Below are positions 12,540-26,553 of a stretch of 64,000 nt of DNA, in pieces. Origin of the DNA: Antedon mediterranea (taxonomy: Eukaryota > Animalia > Echinodermata); assembly GCF_964355755.1 (NCBI RefSeq), contig NC_092676.1, forward strand, positions 10,827,888-10,891,887, written 5' to 3'. Every line of letters starts with the position of its first letter. The first letter of the stretch is position 1. A program made the position numbers and the translations under genes. Under the pieces are notes generated by a model. The model was not told the origin of the DNA. It searched no databases and saw only the letters and a list, made by a program, of their open reading frames with translations.

Positions 12540-14150
12540 ATGCTAACGTATTGAGAAATAAACGGTGGTACGGTACATAACATAAAAAAAAAGCTTGTTG
12601 GAAAATTCCTAAACTTCTAGAACTGCATCGCTAAATGCTTTATCCAAGTCTGTCTACCACCAACTTTTATCAAAACTTCCCAGACTCTTTAGGCAACCTA
12701 AAACACGTCTCTTACAGAAGCTTACCAACTTACAACCTGGCAAAATATCTAGCCAAAATAGTATACCCACTGGTAGGACTCTAACTTAGACTAACTAGAA
12801 TTCTCAGCATTTTGTGGAAATCATCATCAAGGACGTTTACAGGACAAGCTGATTAGCTTCGACATCAAGTCTTTATACACAAATGTTCCAGTCAGAGAAG
12901 CCTGCACTATAGTCAAACATCGACTGCATGCTGACCCTAAACTCCAACAGAGGACCGCACTTACTGCAGAAGAAATCTATGACTTACTTCTACTATGTAT
13001 ATTATCTACTATATAACTTCAAATGGCGAGATCACTACTTTAAACAAACCGAAGGCATGGTTATGAGATCTCATTTATCCCAGTCATTGCTAATATCTTT
13101 TTAGAACTTCAACAAGCAACAAAAACGCTGGCTTCAATATGGCGATGATACATTCATCATCTGGCAGTACAACAAAGTGGACCTAGATTGTTTTCTAAAT
13201 ACCTTTACTCTCAACATCAAAATTATAACATTCACTGTGGAAGAGAAAAACAACCATATTTTACTATTTCTTGACGTGTTTGTTACAAAAAAAACAACCG
13301 GAGGGAACTCTGTTTTACAAAGTTTATCGCAAATATAGTCACATGGACAGATATTTACATAATCGATCTTTCCACCATCCATCGACGAAAAAATCGGTTA
13401 GTAGGACTCTCATTAAATTATCGCACATCGTCAGCAACAAAAAGATAAAAAATACAACAATGTCACCAAAGCGTTGGAACTCGAATGGTTACAACATAAT
13501 TATATCATCAACCAGCAGCGGATCCTGCAGAGTTTAGAATGTCTGAAAGTAAAGTCTCTGTATTTTTACCATATGTAGGACAGCTTTCTCATCGTACCCA
13601 GCGACATAAAAATATTTGATAGTACACTCAACAAATTGTCTCTTCAAACACACAAGGACAAACCATCATCGCCAACCTGGTGTGTATCCCATGCGAATGT
13701 GGAAAGGTATACATTGGAGAGACTGGATGTGACCTTCCAATCATGCTTAAAGAAGTTCAGAAGAGGAGAGCGAGACAAAGCATTCATAGTCATAAGATGC
13801 TAAAATAATTGCTACTGTTCCTTCTTGGCATTCCAGACGCACCAAAAAGTCATAGTATTTGGCCAGTTTACATTTCACAACCCTTTCTAATGGTTTTTGT
13901 TTGGCTAGTCTACACCCCACTTCGAGACAATGCTATTTAGCTTTGTTGTTTATACCTGAAACTAGGCTCTTTTATAACTAGTTTCTAAATTCATCATTGT
14001 TCATGAGAAACAATGCGCTAGATTCAATTCCTGTGAACCTTGCTATGTTTTAGCTTTCACACCAGTCCCACCTAATTTTACTTATATTCCCAGTTTCCTG
14101 GACTTCCTGTATTCTCACAATCAAAGTATATTGATCGAAATGTCAAGGAA
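12540..14150 (+). mobile_element. Decayed Penelope-like element (RT plus GIY-YIG)
   Basis: LISFDIKSLYTNVP, YFKQTEG, YGDDTF, FLDV, VYRK.SHMDRYLH..S.HHPSTK, PCECGKVYIGETG; partial hammerhead (atcaa..ttgat-cgaaatgtc) near 14120-14145. Confidence 0.9.
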
Positions 14151-14280
14151 CTCAACAGTATCAATGACTTTCACAGCGTTGAGGCTGCCACGGAACAATA
14201 TAGACTAAGATGAAATAAAAATGGTATAATAACCTACTGTAGCCATGCCTAATTGTCATTATTTTATATTTATTAAACAT

Positions 14281-14387
14281 TTTTAGTCACGTGCAACGCA
14301 ACTCTACAGCTCACTTTGTCGGTCGGTTGGTCAGTCGGTTGGTCGGTAACACTAACTCAAATTTGAGCACGCGACTGCAGCCTTGTA
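14281..14387 (+). mobile_element. Miniature HINE/DINE-1-like element
   Basis: TTTTAGTCACGTG..., (GTCG/GTTG)n microsatellite, 3' subTIR CACGCGACT; related fragment inverted at ~62007-62075. Confidence 0.55.
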
Positions 14388-14542
14388 TATGACATATTTG
14401 TATGTATATATGTGCATATTTTATAATGGACCAATAAATCTATATCTATGGTTTCACCCCTTAATCGTGTCTAATTTGATTGAGTGTCTTAATAATAATA
14501 AAGAAAGTGATTGAAATTGAATTTAAAGAAAACAAGACTTAC

Positions 14543-14639
14543 GTGATTAGGGCTGGTGCAGTTCCGTCTGGTTTTGTATCATCAAACGACCATTTAATTG
14601 GAAACTCTGGATCAATACTCCAAGTTGAGCCACAAAAAC
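14543..14639 (-). CDS. MAO: MAO exon 9 equivalent (97 nt)
   Basis: (G)FCGSTWSIDPEFPIKWSFDDTKPDGTAPALI(T); aag acceptor, gtaagt donor; DDTKP motif. Confidence 0.93.
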
Positions 14640-14950
14640 CTTATGATTATTAGAAATGAGAGAATTTAGTAAACCACATTAATGTCAGTAAAGCAAAGAT
14701 ATAACACATGTGATTAAAAAAAATTATTCTTAGAGCAACATCATTTAATACTAATAGTCACTGCAGATATTGCTTATTCAATTCAATGTCCATCATTTTA
14801 TCATCTTACTAATTTATTAAGAACATATAAACTAGTGTTGCAAGTCACTTGGCAGTTTATTACCTCGTCTCAACGCATCACCCATCATTTGTATTGACAT
14901 TATCTCTTTAATGAATTCATCTTATAGACGTAAACACTTCTAAAGGTTAC

Positions 14951-15110
14951 CTTTTTTCCTCCAAAATTGTGTTTTATAGTACACAATACATTTTAGAACA
15001 GATCCCATTGGGGCACGGGCGATGAGTTGGTTTCTTAATGGAGGTAATGGTGGCATAAAGTTAATCCTTTGTATCATGCCAGGAGGAATGGCCATCACTA
15101 CATATCTAGA
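14951..15110 (-). CDS. MAO: MAO exon 8 equivalent (160 nt)
   Basis: SRYVVMAIPPGMIQRINFMPPLPPLRNQLIARAPMGSVLKCIVYYKTQFWRKK(G); conserved Lys equivalent to MAO-B K296. Confidence 0.95.
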
Positions 15111-15668
15111 CTGAATTAGAATAGAATTTTAAAATACTAAACTATGAATAGGCATTTTGTAGGTTTAATAAAGTTATCCACTTTTGTCAAAACAAAAACG
15201 CTTATAGAAAACAAAACAAATGGAACAAAAAATGTGATTTCTTCCAGAAAATGTCCTTCTGGCTGATGACTATTTTTTTCTTTAAATATTTAATATTTTA
15301 TCAGGTAAATAACTTTAAGAATAATAAACAAAGAATTTAAAGACAGAATAAAAAAATAAATAATAATGCTATTTTACAGTCATTTCTGTAACTAAATACC
15401 AAACTTAGACTAGCCTTTGTGTATACTGTAAACGATACACAAAAGTGGTGTTTAACATATTTATTATTTGTCCAATAAAATACAACACCCCTCATAAAAG
15501 CCATCTAATATAGAGTTCTCAAGAAAAGAAATCATCTTTAGAATAACAGTAGTGAGTGCAGAAGCTTGACTTGCTCTCACTCATGGTTACTTGTCAGATG
15601 ACAATACAACAAAATAACCTAAATTCATTGTTTTAATGAAATTTTGTAGACTACATCTTATTCTATAC

Positions 15669-15821
15669 CTTGTATATTTCTCCTCCAAGCGTTTTAACAA
15701 CAGCCTCATCATCGTTCTGCTCGATAGTAATCACAACACTATTCAAGATCACTTTATCTTTTCCTAATTTGTCTTGGAGACGAAGACTAATCTGTTGTGA
15801 CCCACCAATGAATTTTCTTTC
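15669..15821 (-). CDS. MAO: MAO exon 7 equivalent (153 nt)
   Basis: ERKFIGGSQQISLRLQDKLGKDKVILNSVVITIEQNDDEAVVKTLGGEIYK; AG/GT, phase 0/0. Confidence 0.95.
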
Positions 15822-18800
15822 CTGAAGATCAATAATATGTTGCTAAAGTTATAATAATTCATCATTATCTTACTGTAAAGTAGTATTACATAAAGGTAGG
15901 TTGTTCACATTCTTTTTCACTGAGTTTCCGTCGAACTGTACAGGTCCCAAAAAATAATAAAATATATATATACATATGCGTACAGTATATAAAATAATCC
16001 ATTAGGCCTACACTGGCACTATGTAGTTTTCATAACCATTGGAATTCCTAAACATACATAGTCCCAATGTACATAAGGCGCAAACTATAGTGTGAAATCA
16101 TCTCCATATTAATCTGACCAATTATGTAGATTGGATTTGATGGCAAACCGAAATAACTTTACTCATATTTTTGTCACTAACATGTTATAATTATTACCAT
16201 ACAGAATAGTTTTACTTTAAATATGATTATCAATTATAAGTATTTGGAATTGAACTTTTTTTTTCTTGTATACAAAACTGGTAGCAAAGTATAACTGTAT
16301 TCCTACCAACCAGAGATATTAAAGATTTCTTTGAAGGTGAGTAAATTTCAACAATTTAATGTTGTTAATAATGTAATGGGTCGAGCATGGGGTGTTCTGA
16401 CGCCTGACATTTGTAACATCACGTGTCAGGACCAATTAGCTTAAGCCTTGGGTGAAAAGCGAAAATTAGTAGTCTATCGGTGAATCGTAGAACACTCAAT
16501 TCAACATCACCACCCTGTGGTGCTCCCTGGAAACTGACACCATCCTGTGTCAGGCTAACGATGCGATGGCTAGGGGAAGGAAAATCCCGAAAATAAACCT
16601 ACTGCGGTAAGTTAAAATTTTTGTTACGGAAACTACTGTACAAGAGAAACTCAGATACCAGTTATTATTACTGAGGAAGGCTTTGGCGATGTGACGGTCC
16701 AAATACCAGCTGATGACAACATCACGTTTGTGGACAGTATAAGACTGTTGGACCAAAGGCGAAAGGACGTTCAGCGGTTGAAGACATTGATAACCAAGCC
16801 ACAAGAAATTACAAATGTTGGAATCAAAATCGATATACTGGGAGTCAGTGAATGCAGATGGCTAGGATTTAAAAAAGTCAGACTTAACACAGGAAAGAGC
16901 ATAATATTTCCAGAGACAGAAGACAACCTACATCATCACGGTGTGGCACTGATGATGTCAATAAAAGCAGAGTAATCACTACTCGAATGGAAACCAATAA
17001 ATAGCAGAATTATATATGCAAGATTTTTCTAAAAATTCATGACATTGTCAATCATTCAAACGTATGCACCAACAAATGAGAAAGACAACTTTTACGAGCA
17101 GTTATAATCAGTCACGGACAGCATGCACAAACACAATCTACTTATTGCGATGGGAGATTTTTATTCAAAAGTGGGAAAGGAAATGAAGGATACAGAAGTA
17201 TAATGGGGAAACACGACATTGGAAAAAAACAATAACGGAGAAAGACTCGATGACTCTTCTTCTTCTTAACCTATTTCTTTCCACTGCAGGATGAAGGCCT
17301 CTTCACCAATTGACAATTCACTTCTGTCTCTAGCTACTCTTTGCCATGCAATGCCACCATGTGTTGTTAGTTCATACCTCCGTCTCATTTTTTTGTCTCC
17401 CTCTGCCTATTTTGTAGGTTCTTGGAGTCCAATTTGTCAGTCTGACTGTCCATCTGTTGTCATATCTCCTGGCCAGGAGTCCTTCCCAGATGTCCTGCCC
17501 ACCTCTATTTCTTTAATTTTATGCAGCTTATTAAGTCCTAAATTAAGATTTGTTTTTATCTTTCTTTGTGACACCTATTAGTACTCTTTCCATTGCCCTT
17601 TATGTTACTCTAAGCCTTTTTCGAGACGTTTAGTAATGGTCCATATTTCCGAACTGTAGATAAAGGTTGGTATGATGCATTGGTTGAAGACCTGTCTTTT
17701 CAAAGAGATAGGTAATGATGTGTCGTGGAATATGTATCCCCCAAGGAACCAAACTTTGCCCAACCTAGCTGAATTCTTCTTTTGATCTCCTCTCCTGAGC
17801 TATTTATGAAAGTTATTTTCGTTCCAAGATATATGTAGTGGTCAACTACTTCCAAGTACAGTTACTTTGAAGTTTTGTGTTTGGTATTTTACATGACTTT
17901 GGTTTTCTTTACGTTCATTTTAAGACCTGCCTTCCTACTTTCTTTGTCAAGGTCCTGCATCATTTCTTGAAGTTCTTGACATGTGTGGCTTAGGATAAGA
18001 ATATCGTTTGCAAAGCGAAGATGTGTTAATAGTTCACTATCTACTAGGATACCTTTGTCGCTCCAGTCTGTGTTCTTAAAGACCTCCTCTAGAGCAGCTG
18101 TGAACAATTTAGGAGATATTGGATCCCCTTGCCTAACTCTTCTGAGAATTTCGAATGACTCTGTGATGGTATCATCAAGGTGAATCCTGAAAGTGGGGTT
18201 CTTATAGATAGCTTTGATAAGTTTGATTTATTTCTCGTCAATGTTTTGGTCCTTCAAAGCTCTCGGAAGTGACTGATGTTCAAGGATATCAAAAGCCTTT
18301 TCGTAGTCCATGGAACCCAAGAACAAGTTGAAATTATATTCCATTGATTTCTCAATAACTAGGCTGAGTGTGTGTAGGTGGTCTGATGTACCAAACCCTG
18401 CTCTAAAACCCGCCTTCTCTCTTGGTTGGCTATCATCCAGCTGTGACTCCATACGAGCAAGTATCACCCTAGTAAAGATTTTATACAGGTGCGGAAGCAA
18501 GCTGTGGTCTGTAATTTTAACATTTTTGTCTCCTTTCTTGAATATAAGAATGACTTTGGTTTCATACCACTGGTGAAGGATTTCCTCTTCTAGTCTGATC
18601 TTGTTGAATAGATCCGTGATTATTGTAATTAAATTGCCTCTTCATTCCCCAGGCTGATTATGTCAGATGTTAGCTGGTCTTCACCTGGTGCCTTTCCATT
18701 TTTCATTTTCTATAAGGGCATGGCGTATTTTACCCGGTTGGATAGGGGGAACCACATCAGCTCTGTTAGACCAATTTTCATTCTCTCTCCAGTCCGATTG

Positions 18801-19637
18801 GTTGCTATTATAAAGGGTCTTATAGAAGTCCCTTAACACCTTATTGAGTTGCTGTTTGTCTTTTGTTTCAATTCCATCTGAGTCCTTCAAACAAGTTATA
18901 ATTTTTGTTTCCAGCTGGCATTTTTCTGTTGATAAACTTTGGGCCTTTGTGCTTTTCAAGAACCTCTTTGGTTTCAGTGCTTTCCTTTTCTGATTCATTT
19001 GTTTGATTTCTGCCATCTATCTATTATTATCTATTTTAACATGTGTTGCTTCTTCTTTTGCTAGTTTCTCAGCAGCTGCAAGTGTAGTCTGGACGATTTG
19101 GTTGTAACTTTTGGTTACTGTTTGGTAATCCATCTGATCGCGGCGTAATGATGCAAATCTGTTTTTCAATGCTAATATGAATTTCATGCTTTGTTCTGGT
19201 AGTTTATTGATGTTGATCTCTCCTAAGTCTTTTCAACATTCTAAGGCCCTCCAATCTCGTATCCATCTTAACTTTTGATCTCACAAGTCGGTGGTCGCTT
19301 CCAATATCAACTTTAGGGACTGTAGAAATACATCCATCAGTATATCTTTTAAGTTACAATATAGTCAATGAGGTTATGTGTAGAGGCATTGGGCTCTCCC
19401 ATGTCCAATACCTGTCGATAGATTTTTGGAATAATGTATTTCCAATAACAAGGTTTCTGCTGGCAACATATTCCAGCAGTCTCTCATTTCTCTCATTTCT
19501 TTCACCAATGCCAAAAGGACCTATATGCCTTTTTCTTTCCTGGTCTTTCTTAGTCCAACTTTAGCGTTGAAGTCGCCCATAATAAGTGTGTATGTTGTTT
19601 TATCCTCCCCTAGTGCCTAGTCTAGTTCTTTGTAAAA

Positions 19638-21396
19638 CTAGATGGTACGCTCGCTTCGCTCGCGTACCATCTAGGTTGTGCCCACAGATGGTTCTCGAAT
19701 ACATAATAATTTCAGCGTTAAAAAACTGGCGATTTCAAATGTACGTACCGCAGGACAATAATACATGTCGTTTACAGCCTACAGGAACGAATAAATAGAC
19801 ACTATAATTTATGTACTCAACTAAAATTAGCACCATGGGAATTACTTCCGAAAGAGAAACTTGAGACCAATTGTTTAAGTCAAATTTAAACAAACTTGAT
19901 TTGTGTTTTGTATGTAACATTAGGGTTGAGGGATGGGGAAGAGGATGGGTGCAAAGAGGAACAATTTTTAAATATTATTCTTTATCCATTTAGTAACGAA
20001 ATATTAATTGAACTTATTCAACCTTATGTTCCTAAGCAGTCTCTGAGATCTAGATCTGAGTCTCTTCTTGCCCATATATTTCATCCTTCCACTAAGTTTT
20101 CTGGAAATCGTTCATTTTCTTCGGCATCCGTTTCTCTATGGAATACGTTGCCTATTGAAATCCGTCAGGCTACTTCCACCAGTGTCTTCAAATCTCTCCT
20201 CAAAACCCATTTTTTAATTTGTAAATTTCTAAATTGTTCTGTCTTTGTAAAGCACATTGAGGCTTTCAGCATAATGCGCTATCACAAGTACCAGTTATTA
20301 TTATTATTATTATTATTATTGTTTTAATGTTTTACAAATAATATACCACTAAACACAGTAAAACATTGCGATGTAATACTTTGTTGAAACTATCACCGTC
20401 CTAGTCGATTGAAATAGTACAGTAGCCCCTACATGTAACGATACATCACTACGACGTGTATATGTTTATATAATGTAAAACAATTTGTGAAAACCACCTC
20501 TATTCGGGGAAAATCATAAATTCATTAATCGTCAATAAATATTAAATTATCTAACTCAACTTAATTAATAGGCCTAATGGTTTTCAATTGTTTCCTAGAG
20601 CAAATTCATACTTAAGTTGGTTCCTACCCTACCCACCAAAGTTGTTCTGCGTTTAGGGCATGTGATGTACCGTAGGCCTATCCTCTACTGGTTTTACAAC
20701 GCTACTCATGCCAGTGAGGGAAGGGTGATGATGTGGGTGGTTTAACTGCAATAATAAAGATTTATACATAATATACGGCGAGTGAAAACGCTAGCTCTTT
20801 ATCCGTTTAAAAAAAAATTATATCCAACCTCTGCAGCACAGATTGAAAAAAAAATGGATCGAATTTCTGTTATGAGTATACAGTACTTGCCTTTACGACG
20901 CCTGAGGGAATAGACACTTGTGGAACAGAGATTGGAATGTTCCATTCATCGCAAATCAATACATTTGTATAAACGTATATTAAATCTATCAAAATAGTAT
21001 TTTTTAAAGAAAATCGGCCTGTTTTCAACATTATGATGCTGTACTCGAGCTGTTCAACCGGTTTTCAGCCATTAAAAACAATTATTGTAGGAGGAGATAG
21101 GAAAATGCGAAGCATCCTCGTATTATCGCCTGCGGGTATTTTTCAAGACGGACATCCATTAGACAGTGTATACCACGATCGAAAAACACCCCTATTTGGG
21201 GCAAATCGTTGAACCTAAATTCGTTTTAATCGTCAATAACTAATTATCGAACTCAATTTAATTAGTAAACAGGGTTACATCAGGCGGTTAAAATCAGTAC
21301 CGAAAGTACGAACCAACTTTATATACCATCGAGTAAACATTCTAGAAATAACGCGCGATTTACCGAATTTTGCCCCTAGGTAAATTTATATATAGA
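19638..21396 (-). mobile_element. Non-autonomous Helitron copy 1
   Basis: 5' TCTATATATAAA; 3' hairpin CTAGATGGTACGCGAGCGAAGCGAGCGTACCATCTAG; A|T insertion with no TSD; removal restores the RTE frame HDDETIKS|FYKELD. Confidence 0.9.
20006..20320 (+). mobile_element. 5'-truncated L2 3' end inserted in Helitron copy 1
   Basis: YVPKQSLRS..GNRSFS...LWNTLP..IR..S...FKSLLKTHF, 3' stem-loop and (TTA)n tail; absent from the paralogous site at ~61200-61215. Confidence 0.88.
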
Positions 21397-24300
21397 TGAT
21401 TTTATGGTTTCGTCATCGTGGCTAGTGGTTGGAGCGTAGACTTGCACTAGTCTTAGTGTGTGTCTTTTGTTGATTTAGCTTCAGTACAGCAATTCTGTCG
21501 GAATATGCTTTAAATTTGAGCACATTGTTTGTGATTGTCTTCTCAACAAGGAAGCCCAGTTCAAGCGTTTTGCTGCTGCATGCTGCTGATGTGTATAAAG
21601 TGTGACCACAGTTTAGTTTGATGGTATTTTCTGGTCTTCTAGCTTCTGCAGGGCCTATCACATCCCATTTAATTTCATCAAGCTCATTTAATAGAGCTTC
21701 TAAATCCTCATCAGTATGTAAAGTTCTAACGTTGTAAGTGCAAATATGCAGTTCGGTGCTGTGAGTATTTTGAATTCCCTGATCAGAACTGGAACTTCCC
21801 TGCGGATTTGAAACCAGCCCGTCATTTGCTTGGTATGTTGCCAAAAGAATCCCTCATGCTCTGTTTCCTAACTCCATGCGTAGAGAAGGGCTCGTGTGTT
21901 ACTTCCCTTCATAATTGGTTAAGGTAATTTGTCTACTCGCACCACGCTGGCAAGGCATATGTTAGTGGAGGTTGAAATAGATTTCTTGGGCTCCAGCCCG
22001 ATCTAAAGAAGTCCTTTAAGTCATCTTGATCTTATTCTGACAGGAGGTCCAACCCCCATCCTCACACTAAAAATTCCAGTGTGGGGACTCAGATTAGTCG
22101 CCGAGGAACCGACTAACTTATACTACCATAGGCCTGAAGAGCCTGAAACCTGCCTGACTTGATTAAACCTACTAGGGACAAGTGTCCCTGCCAGGATAGC
22201 TTTCAGACTTGATGACAACTAGACCTTTGGTAATATTGTAGCTGATACAGGTTGTATCGAAATACAGCTTAACCAATAGCAGTCCAGATGTCTGACCTGA
22301 CTATTGCGGTCTAAACAATTCGGTACAATCTTTCAACACCGAAATATACACACATACATCTGGACATCTCCAGGAGGAACGACACACAACCAAATAGACA
22401 ATATACTAGTTAGAAGGCAAGACAGATCATCCAAAAGGAACACTCGTGTTATGAGAGGTGCCTGCACAAGTGACCATCACCAAATTCGCACAAAAATCAA
22501 ACTGAAACTGAATAGAAAACACCATCACAGAAGTAGCAGGATTAAGTTTGACACTAAACTTGAACATCCAGATGCGAGAAAGCAATTTTCAATCAAACTA
22601 AATAACAGATTTGAAGTGTTGAAAGATGTCGGCGAAAGAGAAGATGTGGAGAAAAAATAGAGTAGCATTATAACTGTATCACAAGGAAACTGCAAAAGAA
22701 GTACTTGGCTACAAGAAAAAAGACAACAGCCAAAGAAGATAATTAAAGAGCAATATTGAACAAGCAAAGTCACAGAGAATTAAACAAAATATCATGGAAA
22801 GATACAGAGATACAGATAAGAAAGTTAAGAAAAGCATGAGAAAAGATAAGAGGAAATAGGCAGATGACCTGGCAACGAAAGCAGAGAAAGCAGCCGGTAA
22901 TGAAAGAATGAGAGAATTGTACGAAATTACAAAGACATTAAGCAATGACAAAAGGAAAGCAACCAATGTAGTAAAGGACAGGTCTGGAAATTTGATAACT
23001 GAAGCAGAGAAGAGAGAGAGAGAGGTGGCAAGAGCACTTTGAAGAGATTCTTAACAGGCCTACTCCAGAACACACAGTTGCAGATGATACAGAATATATT
23101 ATCTATTCAACCATAGATGAAATCTCAACTGAATATATTTCTAAAACAGAGATCAGAACTGCAGTTCAGAAAATTGAAAATGGTAAACCTGGTAGCTTAG
23201 ATGAAATTACAGCTGAATTGCTAAAAGCTGACATTAACATAACAATTGAATGTCTTGAACATTTATTTAAGAAAATATGGGGAAAAAAAGTAATCCAAAA
23301 ACATGGAAACAGGGGTTCATCATAAAATTACCAAAGAAGGGTGACTTTACCGAATTGGAAATTGGAAAGGGATAACAGTTACTGTATCTCTGTTCCTAGC
23401 AAAGTGTTTGGTAGAGTGTTAATTAACAGAATAAGCAATGGGCTGAACAACATGCTAAGAGATGAGAAAGCAGGTTTAAAAGGCAGAAGCACGGTGAACC
23501 AAATATTTGTCATACAAAATATTGTTGAACAAGCTGTAAAATAGCACTCTGCCTTTTATATCACTTTCATGGATTGATGTGATGTTTGGATGTTTATTCT
23601 TGATTATAGTTGACTGGATTATAAGGAAAACAACTGATGGAAGTAACACCAGGATACGATGGAAATTTACCAAACTTGAGGACTTAGACTTTGCGGATAA
23701 CGCTGTGCTCCTTTTATCTAATGTTCAGAATATGCAGTCAAAGGCAACAAAACTTAATATTTGCTGCAAAAACAGGGCTTAAAATAAATAAAAAGAAAAC
23801 AGCAAGAATAGAATTGAAATCGATGACCATAAGGTCAATAAACTAGGTGCCATTATTAGTAGTCAAGGGGGCGGTGGTGAAGACATCAATAGTAGAATAC
23901 GGAAAGCAATGACGTCATTTATGAAACTAGCTCAGATATGGAAGTCCAACAAATACTTACTGAAAACCAAAAAAAAAAATATTTAATTCACTAGTAAAGT
24001 CTGTACTACCTGTTTGTGGCTATGAAACATGGAAAATCAATGAGGGAGGCAAGAAGAAATTGGATATCTTTCAATTTAAATGCTAAAGACGAATCTCAAA
24101 AATCAGATGGCCATATGTTATGTCTAACGCAGAAATAAATTTACCAAAACTAACGTTAAAAAAAGAAGAAATGTTCTGAGGATGAATCCTGAATGCCATT
24201 GTATAACTGCATTAACATCGATGCCAGAAGGGAAACATCGTGTGGGTCGCCCCAAAACAACCTGGAGGCGCACAGTGGAGAAGGAAAGAGATAAATTAGG

Positions 24301-24673
24301 CTAAAGATCATGGAATGAAGCTAGAGTTAAAGCTAGAAACTGACTGGAGAGAGCATCTTGTAGCCTTATGGGACACTTGGCCTGAAGAGGATAGGTAAGG
24401 TAATAATGTAATGAGCCACGGTATTATGCTTAATTAATATTGATAATTGTTTAAGTAGTTTATATCAGCTGCTGCTTTTATAAATGTAAGTCCGTAAAAG
24501 CAGTATCTGATATAAAAAATTGCAAAATTTTCAAAAAGGATAATAATTGTATATTTATATTGATTCATACTTTTGTTTCTGAAAATAAATAAATTAAAAT
24601 AATTAATTTGTGCACTATTTTGCCAGGACAGAGTAATTACATAAACCAGCATCTAGATGAAACAGAAACTCAC

Positions 24674-24815
24674 CTGACCTCCATTTTCTGCTGAAAATGT
24701 TCGTAGAAACCCATCGCATTGCTTGATATACCACATAAAAAATAGAACAGACATCTCATGAGGCTCAGCTGTTAAAATTTGACTAATCATGTGTGTACAG
24801 AAACGATTACCAGTC
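24674..24815 (-). CDS. MAO: MAO exon 6 equivalent (142 nt)
   Basis: TGNRFCTHMISQILTAEPHEMSVLFFMWYIKQCDGFLRTFSAENGGQ; ttacag/gtgagt; visible inside ORF 24653..24904. Confidence 0.95.
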
Positions 24816-25095
24816 CTGTAAAAGAATAGATTACATAAAACCATATAAATCTTGTCTTGATACTGCTTTCCTGAAAAACAGTATGTCATGTAGCATTGTA
24901 TCATTGTGACAAATCAGGCACTCATTATTATACTAGGCCTATAGCCCAACATGAATCCAGTAAATATACATTATGAATTTATACATGAATAAATCACTAG
25001 TATAGAATCTATCATGATTTACCAGATTGTTGGTACAGAAGGCTAACTGTGCGTTTAAACATTGTTATACAAAAAGAAACTGTCTTAAGTACCTA

Positions 25096-25358
25096 ACAAA
25101 TCTTGTTTATTACTGATATTGTTTATTGATTTATAGGCATGCACAACTGATGAAGACATACCTGTAAACTTCATAAAGTAACATTAAGGCATTCATTATC
25201 TTACTTAGTCCATGCATTCTCCCTACAAATCTTGTTTATCACTGATATTGTTTATTAATTTATAGGCATGCACAACTGGACAGTAGATGAAGACATACCT
25301 GTACACTTCATAAAGTAAAATTAAAGCATTCATTATCTTACTTAGTCCATGTATTCTC
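25096..25358. repeat. ~130-bp tandem duplication that includes the MAO exon-5 donor
   Basis: acaaatcttgtttat...cttacttagtccatgYattctc at 25096-25221 and 25225-25358. Confidence 0.85.
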
Positions 25359-25433
25359 ATCTATCCACTGTTGCATTGTCATTTTATCTAGTTCTTCAGC
25401 ATTTGGACATTCCCATGGTGCAGAGGACGGAAT
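25342..25433 (-). CDS. MAO: MAO exon 5 equivalent (92 nt)
   Basis: IPSSAPWECPNAEELDKMTMQQWIDENTWT(K); cag/gtaag; ends in phase 2. Confidence 0.93.
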
Positions 25434-25580
25434 CTGATTGAAATAATTAGATATTCAATTATTTCATTCAAACTGCAGTTTAAACAATTTTAGCCATAAA
25501 TATTGAATCACAAACATATTTTAGTAGCACACTAATTATGAAAATAATGGTATTCGGAACTACTAAACTATGATACTTAC

Positions 25581-25694
25581 TGTTGACCCAATGAAATCCC
25601 ATTGTCTTCCAATATTATTGATGTCTAACCATACAAACGGATTCCAGAATCTTGGATAGTATCCTTCAGCAGGTATATATGGATAGAATTTGCC
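25581..25694 (-). CDS. MAO: MAO exon 4 equivalent (114 nt)
   Basis: GKFYPYIPAEGYYPRFWNPFVWLDINNIGRQWDFIGST; tttcag acceptor, gtaagt donor. Confidence 0.93.
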
Positions 25695-26553
25695 CTGAAA
25701 GTGCCATGGGTACACAATTTAAATGGAGATTTGTGTTGCCTTATGGTAAATGATTTCTATATGTAAAACTCTAAAATATTTGAAAATCAAAACAAGTTTT
25801 ATTCCAACATTTTTAGAATATGGCTCTCAAATGTGAGTCCTCTTTATATTTTGGTACAGAATTTGTTATTTTAATCATAAAAGTGGCACAGAGTTGAGAT
25901 ATTTAGCCTTGAAGTTCAGAATGTGAAAACGGCCTAACCTATCCATTTTAAAATGTTAATAAAAAACGATACTATAAACACTTATCTTTAACAAACTCTT
26001 GTTCATAAAAAAATTTAAGTATGTGTATTTTGCAATTATTTAAATTGTTTTCATTGAAAATCATTAGGAAATTGTATTTTTGTACACTCAAAAATCAACT
26101 TTACGGAGCTTTTGTGTTGGTACCTATCTGTTCGAAAATATATCAGCTCAGCTACCATAATTTTTAACAACCTATATTCACCAACCTCCATCCCACACTC
26201 TTTTTTTTTAAAAACATATTCTTCCCAGAGTGATGGAAAAATTCAATTCAACTGAGAGAGGTATACATAGCTATGACAGGCCTATGGTTTAAGTACGTTG
26301 TAAACTGTGTAAAGGTGTTATATTGGCTGATAATTGAAATATCTAATTTTGATACTGTGGTCCCCCAGCCTTCTTTCTCCTCTCACCATCCCAGCCACAA
26401 TCAACAAACCTTAACTCCTTCCCTGGACAGTTCAAATGTATTAACTTTTCCTAGTACAATTCCAATCATATAGGCTACCTCATTATGCCAGTATTTTTGC
26501 TCCTCCTCCTCCCTCCCAACATACTGTACTCCAGATACTGGATAGGTGTTTAA

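Larger units (their letters stand above)
17255..22200 (-). mobile_element. RTE-1-like LINE, near full length and decayed, carrying a Helitron
   Basis: ICTYNVRTL, WDVIG.AE, VRQGDPISPKLFTAALEEVF, THLRFAND, GLKMNVKKTKVM; (GAA)n tail at 17255. Confidence 0.9.
16420..24405 (+). mobile_element. RTE-clade (BovB/SR2-like) LINE split by a second RTE inserted at ~17255
   Basis: IDILGVSECRW, LLEWKPINSRI, QTYAPTN, NNNGERL up to 17254; resumes ~22315 with GTIFQHRNIH..WTSPGGTTHNQID, LEDLDFAD, GRPKTTWRRTVEKE and a TAAGG-type tail. Confidence 0.88.
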
